A stretch of DNA of 63,971 nucleotides, the filler included, from Welwitschia mirabilis (taxonomy: Eukaryota): NCBI GenBank assembly GCA_051453625.1. It is 4 parts of one record of this genome, joined end to end, with 100 filler letters (N's around TTAATTAATTAA, not from the genome) between each part and the next. Parts side by side here need not be neighbours in the genome. Positions count along the whole stretch, not along the records: positions 41,257 to 59,857 come from JBOZIK010000001.1; positions 59,958 to 63,971 come from JBOZIK010000001.1; 2 more parts are not named here. One strand, 5' to 3'. Below the pieces are notes generated by a model, which saw only the letters and a list, made by a program, of their open reading frames with translations, was not told where the DNA came from and searched no databases. The first letter of the stretch is position 1; every line of letters begins with the position of its first letter. This document shows positions 50,266 through 62,900 of the stretch, one piece after another. The translations under genes and the position numbers were made by a program.

Positions 50266-53200
50266 GTAACCTTTTTCTTGGTTGAAAGACTCTTTTGAAA
50301 ATTGAACTCACAACCACAAAGCCACAGGAACACTACTCCACCATTAAGATATCTCCTCGAAAACATCTCAGTAACCTATACAAAATTAGCATTCAGAATA
50401 TGCTTCTGAAACACCTCTATATCCATGAGGTTGTAAAAATAATATCTCGAACACAAAAGAAGTTTCTTTTGTAATTGACTGTATGACTCCACAACACTAA
50501 AACAATGATTACAAGCTTCCCAACATGAATAAATTTGCTGCTTAGAGATAAAAAAATAATAAGTGAATGGTTTAGACTAACGTGAAATAGAGTAAATGTG
50601 AATGGCATAATTCTGAGTGAAACATCCAAGTTGATCATTTTGCACATGCTATTGTTTAGCTTTTAACCTTTCCTTACCATTGCTAGAGCCTTTACAAAAT
50701 CAACCGCCAAATTATATCATTAACCTAATTCTCTAACAGAAGAATTTGGCCTTTCATATATTAAGATGTGCAACAGCTTTAGCCAATCCATTCTCTATCA
50801 TCTAGTCTTCAATGCACAAGCAACCCCATCCTACACTTATGGGTCATTCTCAAGAGGCTTTCTAGAAAAGAAAAAAGAAAGAGAGTTCTAATCTGAATTC
50901 TCGCAACTTAAAACAAATAGTGATCTTTGCCTTTACAAGAACCTTGTCATAATGCCATAAACAATCAAGAAGTTGTCTAGGAAGCCAAGAAGCCAAGAAC
51001 ATGCTTCTTCATTTATCTTATATTGCTTTTCAGAATCCTTAAATAGCCTATCAAAACTGTTGCCCCTAATGTGGGTGTCTTTCTAGGTCTAAAAGTTATT
51101 ATGCATGTTACTACTAAAATCTATTACATGTTCTTACCAGTTTACGTTTAGGAATTCATTAGGCTAGTTCAAGAGCTCAAACTTGTCACTTAGGGCAAAT
51201 CAACAGAGTTATGTCTGATTTTGTATGTACTCTGTTGTGTTTTATTTTTGTTGGGTCCATTGCCATCACACTAAAAGCTATGACTTAGGTGGAAATTGAA
51301 AAACCATGTGTAAACCCACTCATTGGCATAGGCTTGAGGGTGAATCCCCAATAGTCTACCCCTTGCTCCACATGCTGAGTGCTCACATGAACCAAAAAGG
51401 CATGGGGAAATTCAAACCTACAACCAAACCAAACTTATGAGTCTGATACAATTTTTAGGCCCATTGCCATCACACCAAAAAATATGATGTAGACGGAAAC
51501 TAGAACCCTCATAAAAACCCACTCGTCATGTTTGAAAAAGACACACGTGACCCTTGGCATCTCCAGTAAAAATGGTTTTTCTTAATTGAACTAAATTCTA
51601 CTAAGCTTTTAGTTCCATTCTTGTTGAAAACCTAGCTTTCAATTCCATGAAAGTTGTTTAAACTTGCTTTCCTTAATTCATTTTCACGCTTTTTTATTAA
51701 TTTCCTTCATAATATTTATCAACATATTAGTTATTTGTCTTTATTACATTTTTTTAAGTAATAAAATTTTAGACTAGTTTACAATAAAGCTAACTAATAC
51801 AAATTGGTTTTAATAATTTTCTTTACCTTCTTTAAAATAAGGTTTAAATAGTATACATAGTGTTAATAGTTTGAATGTAAACCTTTTAATCAAGATTTTA
51901 ATTGCACATATTAAGATGTTAAATAATGGCAATTATAACTTTATTAACCGAAAAATTACCATCACTAAAATTTATTAATTTATTCATTGAAAACTTGTGT
52001 TGTCTTGCTAACATTTTAGACAATACTTCATTAGTCTTCTTAGGTATATCAAGATATTTCCTTAGTTAATTGAAAATTTAGACCCATAGTCGTCAGATAA
52101 AATGTTTGAATTAATAGAATTTAATAAGTCTTAAATATAGTTTTTTTGATAGATATAATAACAATTATAGTTTAAAAAATTAATAGACTTAATAATTTTC
52201 ATCTTCATTTGTTTTAATAGTTTACTATCTCCTCCCAATAATTGCCTTGTCTTGTTGAAGCATGTTTTGAATATTCTAGCATGATCTTTTACTATTTGAA
52301 AGTTAGATAAAATTAAATGCATTTAAAATTTCAAAAATGAATCCTAAGATTTATGAATTTATCATACCTTAGGTTTGGGTGGTACCCCTTTTGTTAGATT
52401 CTTTCCCATCCATAGTTGCCTTCTTTGCAGCCTCCTTCTCAATGTAATTTTATTAAGGTAGGGTGAAGCCATTGGAGTTGCTAATCATTTTTTAGTCTTA
52501 AATGGAGTTGTCTTGCATTGAACTAGCTCATAATATGAGGTTTCCATTACTAAAATGAAGAGGCAATATGCCTCTAGTAAAAAATATCATACATACAAAT
52601 ACAAAACACTTTGTGGCCTCGTAAGGAGATGTTTGAACATAGCTTTGCATTAGTATGGTACAGCACTTCTAATAGACATTTAACAAGGTGTCAAGAGCTA
52701 GGTTGTATTTGCTTCTTCCACTCTGGTGGCTTCCTTGAACACCACTATTTTCTTGATCTTATAATAAAGTCATGCTCTAATAGTAAGCCATGCTCTAATG
52801 TTGCTCAAAAAGTTAAGATATGGCTGAGAAGGTAGGGCAACCCAAGAAAGGCACGATGCTCACATCATGAAGTTTTAATGCCCCATCTTCCATTAGCATT
52901 ATGGTCTCAATGTTCATTCCTTGATCTCTACTAAAGACAAGGCACATAAGATTTGCCATAGATATCTTGGAGTTGGAATAGTTTTAGGAACTAACACTTT
53001 CTCTTGCTCTTATATCTAGCAGTTAAGCATTTTCCCATTTAAGTTTTTGGTCAAAAATTAATAAACATTGTACTCTTTGCGATTTTCTTACAAAGGCAAT
53101 GTAATTTTGAATCCATTGTGTGGAGGCCCTATGCACAATTAAATTATTTGTTTCCCAAATCATTGTGTCTATACTTTCAAAAAGAAGTGTCATTACCAAG

Positions 53201-53609
53201 AGTTTTGAGCTCAATAGCCAGACTTTCAACCCAAATGTAATAAGTTAACTTTGGGTTAATTACTTTTCTATGTAAGTTAAAGGTAGTGCCAATGTATAAT
53301 GTTTTGTATGTAATGAATTAAATATTCTTGGATGTTGTTATGTTGTTTTATTATCCAAAAGGTAAGTTGTTTACTATAATATAATTTATCTAGCATAGAT
53401 GTAGGATGATAGGTAAATTTGGGAATAAATTTGTAGCAAAAAGATTGGTAGACTATTCTAAAAGTTTCTTTTAAGTCCAATGATGCTTGTAAATAATCAA
53501 GATAAGTCCAAAAAAAGAGAGCTTGGCCCTCTTGTTATTTTGGATATTCTTGATTATGTTGTTATGTTTGCAAGGTGAATGTAGTTTTTTAAAATAAGCA
53601 ATAGTATTT

Positions 53610-56600
53610 GTCAAGTGGCACTAACGCCAGATTCTTAACATAAGCATGGGTAGAGGGTCGAGACTCCATAAAATGGGTACTGGATGATGCAAGCAAGACA
53701 AATATGGTTGTGAACATTTAAACTGAGTGAGAGTTATAGAGGCTATCAAGGTGTTCTAGAGCTTGGAGACCAAGTTCGAAGTGACAGAGATAACAGAATA
53801 ATGAGTTATTCATATCATAAAAGTTACTAAAAGAAACTAAAACCAATTGATTATCAAGGGACTAAGCAAGCTAATGACATCATGGTAGTGAACTAGAGCC
53901 AGATCCATAAGAAAGACTACTATTAAAAGCATTCTCTCAAATTGGTACATAGATAGAAATCGATCTTCCAATCTTGATGGAGATTTGAATCTAGATCCTT
54001 TGAATCGGGGAGACAGAGAACGACTTTGCTCCAGAGGAAATTCTGAAACACTTCAGATAAAACTTACAACTACCAAGCTTAATGGATTAGTAATAAGCTG
54101 ATAGGAAAATATGCAAATGAAATAATGCCAAAAGAGAAGCGAGAATGTCCACTCATTGGCAAACATGGTAGCCAGGCTTATGAGTAAATTTTTGCAATAA
54201 ATTACTAGCATGGTTTGTTTTCTTAGCTATAGAAATTAAGACACAAATATTTATGTTAAGTGAGCTTGTAAACAACCACTCAAAAGGTGGAGGTGTTAAG
54301 GCACCACAAGAGATTAAAGTCATTACAAGATTTGTAGGATATTTTGGTGGATGATTCACCAAAGAGTCTTTGTGTTACCAGTCATCAAATTGATTCAATT
54401 CTAGTAGTGCCTTTACCAAATAAACTAGGATAACATATGAGTCCTTAAGAACAAGAAGAATTAAGCTAGCAAGTTGAAGATTTGCTATAAAAATAATTAG
54501 ATAGAAAAAGCCTTAGTCCTTGTACAGTTAGTCATTATGTAGTGCCAGTAATGATTTTGGTCTCAAAGGAGATCGAAGAAGGGAAAATGTGCATTGATTC
54601 CTAAGCAATCAAATAAATCCCAATTCAATAACAGATCCCAATCCCTCAACTGGATGACATCTTACATAGCTAGGCTAGAGCATAGTATTCCAGCCAAGTT
54701 GAAATGAAGAGTAGTTATCATTAAATCAAAATATATGTGGGTGACGAATGGAAGACTGCTTTTCAAACATAGGACCATTTGTATGAGTGGTTGAGGATGC
54801 CAATTAGTTTGAGCAAATGGTAGGGAAGCACGGGTAACACCTCATGAATAAGGTACCAAAATCTTATATAAACTAGTTCATTGTTGCATGGTAGATGGCA
54901 TTCTCACTCACAGTCATAGCCAGAAGAATCATTTGTCGCATCTCCAAATGGGAATATGATGGTTGGCGGAAAGAAATTTGCTGGTGACTAAAAAAGTGTT
55001 TGTTTCAAGGAATTGGTATAGCTAGGTTCCATGATTTTGTAGGATGGCTTAATATGGATAACAAAACTTAATGAAATCTTGCAATGGTCATCACCAAATT
55101 CTGCGTATGAGGTCTTTTTATGTGTTAGCCAACTTGGTTAGAAATTTTGCTTAGAATATCAGTCATGTAATTGCACGTATAGTAGTATTGTTAAAGGTGG
55201 TTGTAAATGGGCAACTACGTGGAGAATGGCAGCTAGACGAAGTTTCAATTGGTTAAAAAATTTGCGACATATTCTTATCTTGCTGCATTTCAACAAGGCT
55301 TTTACGGTGTAGTGTGATGCTAGTGATTTGAGGCTTGGCAGAATCTTGAGTCAAAAAGGAAGACTACTAGCATTTTAGAATGAGAAGCTTAAAGAATCTT
55401 ACCAAAGACACTTCATGTATGAGTAGGAGTTTTCTGCAATTCTGCAGGCAATAAAGCGATGGAGACACTACTTGTTCAAAATAGGAATTTGTGTAGTATA
55501 CTGATCATCAAGCTCTGCAGTAGACCAATGACAGTCGAAGTTAAATTTTTCAATAGGTGGGGAGTATACATAGAGTATATAAAAGTCAAGTTTACGGTGA
55601 AACATAGGACAGGCGTGTAGAATCAGTTAATTGGTAGTCTTAGCCAACAAAGTTCATTCGTTAAATATATGTAATCTAAGAAACTCTACATTACAGAATG
55701 TTTGTTATAAAGAACTCTACATTAAAATCACGGTTTACTGTGTTGTAAATGAAGAGTTCTAGAAGAAGCAAATTTGAAACCCACAGGTACGGTTTGGAGG
55801 ACATGTTGGCCGGGATAAAAGCTCAGAAATGATAGATATCCAAGAGTGAGGTTGAAGTTGCGAGATCTGTCAGCATGCTAAGGTAATGAAGAGTAATGGC
55901 AGGTTATACGTGCTATTGCCCGTTCCTGCTAAAACATGGGAGTTGAGTATGGATATTATTTTCAGATCAGCCCGTCCCAAAGAGGTAACAACTCTATTTG
56001 AGTTGTGGTGGACCGATTTTGAAAACTAAGTCATTCTATTTTTTGCAAGAAGACCGAAAGATAACAAAAGATACTGCTATATAACTTAATTTTGTAGGAA
56101 GTGTTAGATGGCATACCATATATCATTTGTGATGTTCAGTTGAGAAATAACTTTTGGATAGTATTATGGAAGAAATTAGATACCAAATTGAATTTAGATT
56201 CTACTTACCCAACACAGATGGCTGATGAAACTGAAATACTAAACCGTTGTATTGATAATATTCTGCATTGCATTTTTGCTGGTAATCTGTGGTTATGGGA
56301 AGACGTAATCACCGATTGCTCAATTTCCCTTCAAGGATTCTGTGTGTTCTTCATNNNNNNNNNNNNNNNNNNNNNNNNNNNNNNNNNNNNNNNNNNNNNN
56401 NNNNNNNNNNNNNNNNNNNNNNNNNNNNNNNNNNNNNNNNNNNNNNNNNNNNNNNNNNNNNNNNNNNNNNNNNNNNNNNNNNNNNNNNNNNNNNNNNNNN
56501 NNNNNNNNNNNNNNNNNNNNNNNNNNNNNNNNNNNNNNNNNNNNNNNNNNNNNNNNNNNNNNNNNNNNNNNNNNNNNNNNNNNNNNNNNNNNNNNNNNNN

Positions 56601-57589
56601 NNNNNNNNNNNNNNNNNNNNNNNNNNNNNNNNNNNNNNNNNNNNNNNNNNNNNNNNNNNNNNNNNNNNNNNNNNNNNNNNNNNNNNNNNNNNNNNNNNNN
56701 NNNNNNNNNNNNNNNNNNNNNNNNNNNNNNNNNNNNNNNNNNNNNNNNNNNNNNNNNNNNNNNNNNNNNNNNNNNNNNNNNNNNNNNNNNNNNNNNNNNN
56801 NNNNNNNNNNNNNNNNNNNNNNNNNNNNNNNNNNNNNNNNNNNNNNNNNNNNNNNNNNNNNNNNNNNNNNNNNNNNNNNNNNNNNNNNNNNNNNNNNNNN
56901 NNNNNNNNNNNNNNNNNNNNNNNNNNNNNNNNNNNNNNNNNNNNNNNNNNNNNNNNNNNNNNNNNNNNNNNNNNNNNNNNNNNNNNNNNNNGTGAGTTCT
57001 TCATTGGCATGACGCCCTTTCAGATTGTTTACGGCTTGGATCCAAGGAGTCAAGAAATTTTATCTCAAAATCCAATTCCAGAAGTATCCAGAGAATTTTA
57101 TTCAACAGCGGATTACGTTACACCAGAAAGTAAAGAAGCGTATTGGACAGAACAACTTGTATAAAGAGACTACATATTTCCACTAATGCCATGTAGAATT
57201 CACGATCGGAGACTTGGCTCTTGCCCGCGTAGATAACCAACGCCAAAATTGGGAGTTTGCCTACGTTACAACCGGGGCAGATTAGGCCTTTCTGAATTTT
57301 CAGAAACTTTTCCAACAAAATTTTCGAGCAATGATTATTTTGAACTAGAGTTGCCAGCGACCAGAATCTTCGATGTCTCATATTTGTCACCTTATTTTGT
57401 ACGATGAAACACGTAGTAAAGACCCACCAGAAGAGTAAAAAATGAAAAGAAGTTGAATATAAATGACTTAAAGCAAACGAATAATTGGCAGGACAATCAG
57501 CTGAAACAAAGCAATAGGCTACGGAAACCAAACCAGAAATATCTGTGTGCATCTTTGGGGCAAGCCGTAGTGTCGGAGTGGAAGGACCA
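53610..57589 (+). mobile_element. Highly degenerate chromovirus (CRM-like) Ty3/Gypsy gag-pol
   Basis: RT: KMCIDS*AI..PIPQLDDIL, GDEWKTAFQT..LYEWLRMP (54580-54810); RH: CDAS..ILSQ, AIKRWRHYL; INT: CEICQHAK..SNGRLY.LLPVP, VVDRF, GMTPFQIVYG; 5' boundary uncertain. Confidence 0.8.
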
Positions 57590-58082
57590 TGTAGAGCCGA
57601 AGTTAATAGATTGATGCTGGAAGCTTTTTCGTGTAAGTTAAGGTACTACCAATGTATATTCAGGTTAGTATGGAAGTCACGTAGCGGCGTAAGATAATAT
57701 AATGTATTTACGTAAATTCTAAAATAATCTGAAAGTACAAAAGGCCAGTAGAATATTCCGGAAGTTTCGGTAATGCTTCTAAACAGTGGGGACGGGTCCA
57801 GAAAAGGGCGCTTTGGCCCCACCGTTGATTTGCTACAGAAGTATACATCAGGAAGCAATAGGAGTGCTTCAAAATCTGAAGAGGAATAAAGGAGAGTGGA
57901 AAATAATGAAATTCTCCGTATTCATATGATTCTATATTGGGGTGTGAATAAAATCGAGGACTCATCCTGAGAGTATGCAGAGAACATATACTATAGAAAT
58001 GGGGGTTTTAACGTGTTTCCTTCGAACGAAAGAGCAAATCGGAAGAAATCCATTTCATCAACGTAAATTGCGGATTAAGTAG
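57590..58082 (+). repeat. Candidate 3' LTR of the CRM-like element
   Basis: Purine-rich GGAGTGGAAGGA followed by TGTAG after the end of pol; no partner LTR seen. Confidence 0.4.
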
Positions 58083-59758
58083 NNNNNNNNNNNNNNNNNN
58101 NNNNNNNNNNNNNNNNNNNNNNNNNNNNNNNNNNNNNNNNNNNNNNNNNNNNNNNNNNNNNNNNNNNNNNNNNNNNNNNNNNNNNNNNNNNNNNNNNNNN
58201 NNNNNNNNNNNNNNNNNNNNNNNNNNNNNNNNNNNNNNNNNNNNNNNNNNNNNNNNNNNNNNNNNNNNNNNNNNNNNNNNNNNNNNNNNNNNNNNNNNNN
58301 NNNNNNNNNNNNNNNNNNNNNNNNNNNNNNNNNNNNNNNNNNNNNNNNNNNNNNNNNNNNNNNNNNNNNNNNNNNNNNNNNNNNNNNNNNNNNNNNNNNN
58401 NNNNNNNNNNNNNNNNNNNNNNNNNNNNNNNNNNNNNNNNNNNNNNNNNNNNNNNNNNNNNNNNNNNNNNNNNNNNNNNNNNNNNNNNNNNNNNNNNNNN
58501 NNNNNNNNNNNNNNNNNNNNNNNNNNNNNNNNNNNNNNNNNNNNNNNNNNNNNNNNNNNNNNNNNNNNNNNNNNNNNNNNNNNNNNNNNNNNNNNNNNNN
58601 NNNNNNNNNNNNNNNNNNNNNNNNNNNNNNNNNNNNNNNNNNNNNNNNNNNNNNNNNNNNNNNNNNNNNNNNNNNNNNNNNNNNNNNNNNNNNNNNNNNN
58701 NNNNNNNNNNNNNNNNNNNNNNNNNNNNNNNNNNNNNNNNNNNNNNNNNNNNNNNNNNNNNNNNNNNNNNNNNNNNNNNNNNNNNNNNNNNNNNNNNNNN
58801 NNNNNNNNNNNNNNNNNNNNNNNNNNNNNNNNNNNNNNNNNNNNNNTAAGTAGTGTCAGATGTGTTTCTCTATGTTTACATCGGTATTTGAAATCCTGTG
58901 AAAATGAATGCTCCTCAACAAAATCCCATATCTGTTTTTTTTTTTTTTTTGGCCTTCTTCCGTTTTTGGTTTTTGTCTTATTGGAAAAGTATCAGTTTCT
59001 TATCAGAATCGCCTTTACCCTTCCTCTTGAGGGCCCTATGAAAGGATACACTGCAAAGATTGCTTGTTTACCAACTCAATTTGAAGATATGGCAGAAGAC
59101 ACGGCTACCATATTGCTGAGTATATGTTTTTAGCCGCTGTTAGCCTTCAGACGATACCTTCAAACATCTCCTACAGAATCCTATGGAAAGAAGCAACACA
59201 GCAAAACAGATAAGCTTCTCAAAGAATGAAGATACAGCCTGTCATCAGTCAACTAGCGAGCTTATTTGGTATAAAACACCAGACGAAATCAGAAACTGTT
59301 GCACTATGTCCTCTCTCATAATAGGTTCGTAAGACTGGCAGTAGTAAGATTCAGGTTTGAATTTACCTTTTATTTTGACAGTAATAATATAACCTTTATT
59401 TGTAAAATAGGGTACATTCATCTTTTACTATTATGAGAGAGAATTTGTTAAGAAAGTGGAAAGAAACAGGATAAACCTATCCATTGCAAACAATTAGTTG
59501 ATCCATCTTTTACTATTATGAGAGAGAATTTGTTAAGAAAAGTGGAAAGAAACGGGATAAACTTATCCATTGCAAACAATTAGTTGATCCAGGCTTGAAA
59601 TTCTGAGCTCGTCTCACAATGATAGGGTTGGAAAAGCTTTAGCAATGTCCATCAGTCTGTCTGTTCGAGATCTTATCATTTATATCTCTGACACACCATT
59701 TAGTTGTTTGGAGTTTTTGAAAGTGACGTGGAACGTACTGCTGGGGCCGAGCCTAGTT

Positions 59759-59857
59759 AAGAAGGGTGGAGTGGTGTAAGCTCCATCTTTATTTTTCCGC
59801 ATTTATTACTTTATATTAACGGGGTTGGAGTGATGTAACTCCCATCTTTATATTTAG
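59759..59857 (+). mobile_element. Candidate PPT plus LTR start (TGTAA), locally duplicated
   Basis: AAGAAGGGTGGAGTGG-TGTAAG at 59759-59780, repeated as GGGGTTGGAGTGA-TGTAAC at 59821-59839. Confidence 0.4.
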
Positions 59858-59957
59858 NNNNNNNNNNNNNNNNNNNNNNNNNNNNNNNNNNNNNNNNNNN
59901 NTTAATTAATTAANNNNNNNNNNNNNNNNNNNNNNNNNNNNNNNNNNNNNNNNNNNN
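59858..59957. other. Synthetic assembly spacer
   Basis: 44N-TTAATTAATTAA-44N. Confidence 0.95.
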
Positions 59958-62900
59958 TTAATATTCCCACTTGATCATTACACTTTTGGAGATTCGAGTG
60001 AGTTTTTGGCGTGGAAGCAGATGAGTTCATTTTTAAGTAATTTTTAGTTTTGACATTCATTATTCTACACACTTAGAGTTTTGGATATCGCCATAACCAC
60101 CGCCTTTCTGAATAAATTTTATGAAGTTAATACATTTTGTCATGTATATTTACTTAAGTGATATTATGATGTTTTCCTTAGGAGTTTGCTAGGTTAGTAC
60201 TTCGGATAGGTAAACAATCTTCTTCCTGTTTCTTGTGTCCATTTTCATTCTAGTTTTCTTCGGTTTTTGAGTCTACCGTTTTAAAGTTATTTCTGCATTT
60301 TTCTATTCTTCATAGGAACTTAATCATTTAGTAGTTTTCTTGCTGTTCGATCATGCTAAAAGATTTTTCTAAAAATGCATTTTTTGAAAAAATCTTTCAC
60401 AGAATATCTTTTCCACAATCTTTATGAGTTTTCTTGTAGGTTATTGAGTTCTAAGTCTGTCATGCTTTCATTTTCTGTTCGGGCACATTCATGCAGTATT
60501 TATTATAAGCCTTTAATCTAAATAATCTATTTTTTTAGCCATAGTTTTTTTTTGTGTGTGTTTATTCCTTTTCCTTTGGTTTTCCTAGTTTTTTGTGTTT
60601 TTCTGTGTGATTTTCTGTTTTTTGTTTTTTTCCCCTTTTCAGAACTGTTACTTAAACGACCCTATCTGAGCCTAACTTTCATGGCTGACGTTTTACTTTT
60701 AAAAATCTTTTGATGTTCCATCGTCCACATGGTCATCCAGATGACACTGTGGTGGACGACAATCCGATTTTTTCTAAGAGTTGTCCTAGGGCTGTCGTCC
60801 AGATGATGCGATTGGACGACAGTGCAATAAAACCATGACCTAAACCCTTTTTCCTTATTTTCACATGTTTTCTCATCATTTTTCTTCATTTCTCTGAGAG
60901 ACGATGACCCCTCTGGCTAGTACCAGTATTTTAAGACTTTTCTCACCTGATTTTATTACTAGATATGTGAGATCTCTTCAAATTTGCAAAAATGAGGTAT
61001 GATTCCCTCTCCTCCTATTTTTCAATTTTTTCCTTCCCTTTTTTAGCCTTTCGGTGCATGGTTTTCATGTATATTATTCAGTTTTTTGCACTGTTTGTTT
61101 TGGAACTTATGGATTTGAATTTCACTGCATATTTTTCGAGTTATGATCACTTTTGCATAATATGAGGTATTTTCATTTTTTCATTTTTTTGCACTCATTT
61201 TCTTACAAACTGTAAGTCAAATCGTAGTGGTCCTTTAGGTAAAATTGATCAGTATGACGTGCTCTAGGACTTTATAAGATTAGATTTTTTATTTGAGCAC
61301 TTTGATTTTTCACTACATGTGGGGCCCACTATATACACAGTTTTCGCACCTTTTCCATTTTTCCCCATTTTTCTCTCACATTTAGGCAATTCAGGATGCA
61401 TTGCATCTTTTGGATGGGGATTGAACGTATTTTTAGTATTTTTGCTAATTTTTCATCAATTTTAGTAGTCGTTATTGTGCATCCATGCACCATTTTAACT
61501 TGTTTATCTATTTTCGCATGACGAGTTTATGTTTGCGATTGAGTAGGCCACGTACGCGTGGAGTTAGATAGGCAGAGGCTTCAGCTAAGCCTGTAGAGTA
61601 GGAGGCAGTCCCTTTAGTTGAGCCTGAGATACAGCGTGCGAAGCCCGCACACCCACCACCTCAACACGGAAGATCTTTAAGCATATAGACAGGTAGCATT
61701 CGTGTTGAGAGACATTTTGGAGATTTCATGAGCCACATAGAGATGGATATTGATCAGAGATTGATAGAGCTATGGCTTAGATGAATCACAGATGCGCATG
61801 GTGCCTATTATGCTTCTAAGATGAGAGAGTTCTATGACACCATGCATATAAAGAGGTGACCAGACACTCTTGGTCAGCTACAGGACATGATCGTTGCATA
61901 CATTCGATACCACGAGATAGCTATCCTCCCATCTCACATTACAATCATCATAGATCTTGGAGGACTTAGGAGCTTGCATATTCATTCAGCTAGTGGGACA
62001 AAGGAGCGTCGAGCTTATGGCGTCATTTTAAACATTCCAGCTGATTTGATCACTAATCGACAGGGCGTGAATGTTACCCAGCTAATACCCACATACAGAG
62101 TTTTGCATAGAGAACTAATTCATAACATCAATTCATCATACTATGATAAACATGGAATGGTCGCACGTTTACAAATTCTNNNNNNNNNNNNNNNNNNNNN
62201 NNNNNNNNNNNNNNNNNNNNNNNNNNNNNNNNNNNNNNNNNNNNNNNNNNNNNNNNNNNNNNNNNNNNNNNNNNNNNNNGCGTGGAGTTAGATAGGCAGA
62301 GGCTTCAGCTAAGCCTGTAGAGTAGAAGGCAAACCCTTTGATTGAGCCTAAGATATAGCATGTGGAGCCCATACATCCGCCACCCTGACACAGATGATCT
62401 TTGAGCATACAGATAGCTAACATTCGTGTTGAGAGACATTTGAAGATTTCATGAGCCGCATAGAGCCAAAGGTTGATCAGAGATTGATAGATGTATGGCT
62501 TAGATGGATCACAGATACACATGATGCATATTATGCTCGTGAGATGAGAGAGTTCTCTGACACCATGCATATAGAGAGGCGACCAAACACTCATGATCAA
62601 CTTCAGGACATGATTGTTGCTTACATTCGAGACCACGAGATAGTTATCCTCTCATCTCACATTGCAGTCATCACAGATTTTAGAGGACTTGGGAGCAAGC
62701 ATATTCATTCAACTGGTGGGATAGAGGAGCGTCGAGCCTATGGTGCCATCTTAAATTTTCTAGCTGAATTGACCACTGATCGATGGGGGATGAATGTTAC
62801 TCAATTGATCCCTGCCTACAGAGTTTTGCACAGAGGACTGATTCATAACATCAGTCCATTATACTATGATAGTTACACTATGGTTGCATAATTATAGATT

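Noticed and set aside
51257-51525. Repeated CCATTGCCATCACAC motif ~200 bp apart
   Set aside because: Likely a small TE/LTR remnant; no termini or TSD could be defined
59419-59590. ~85-bp two-copy tandem duplication
   Set aside because: Real but an ordinary local duplication with no further structure
61556-62900. Two tandem copies of ORF2 as a gene duplication
   Set aside because: Separated by a 100-N gap; cannot be told apart from haplotype or paralog stitching without reads
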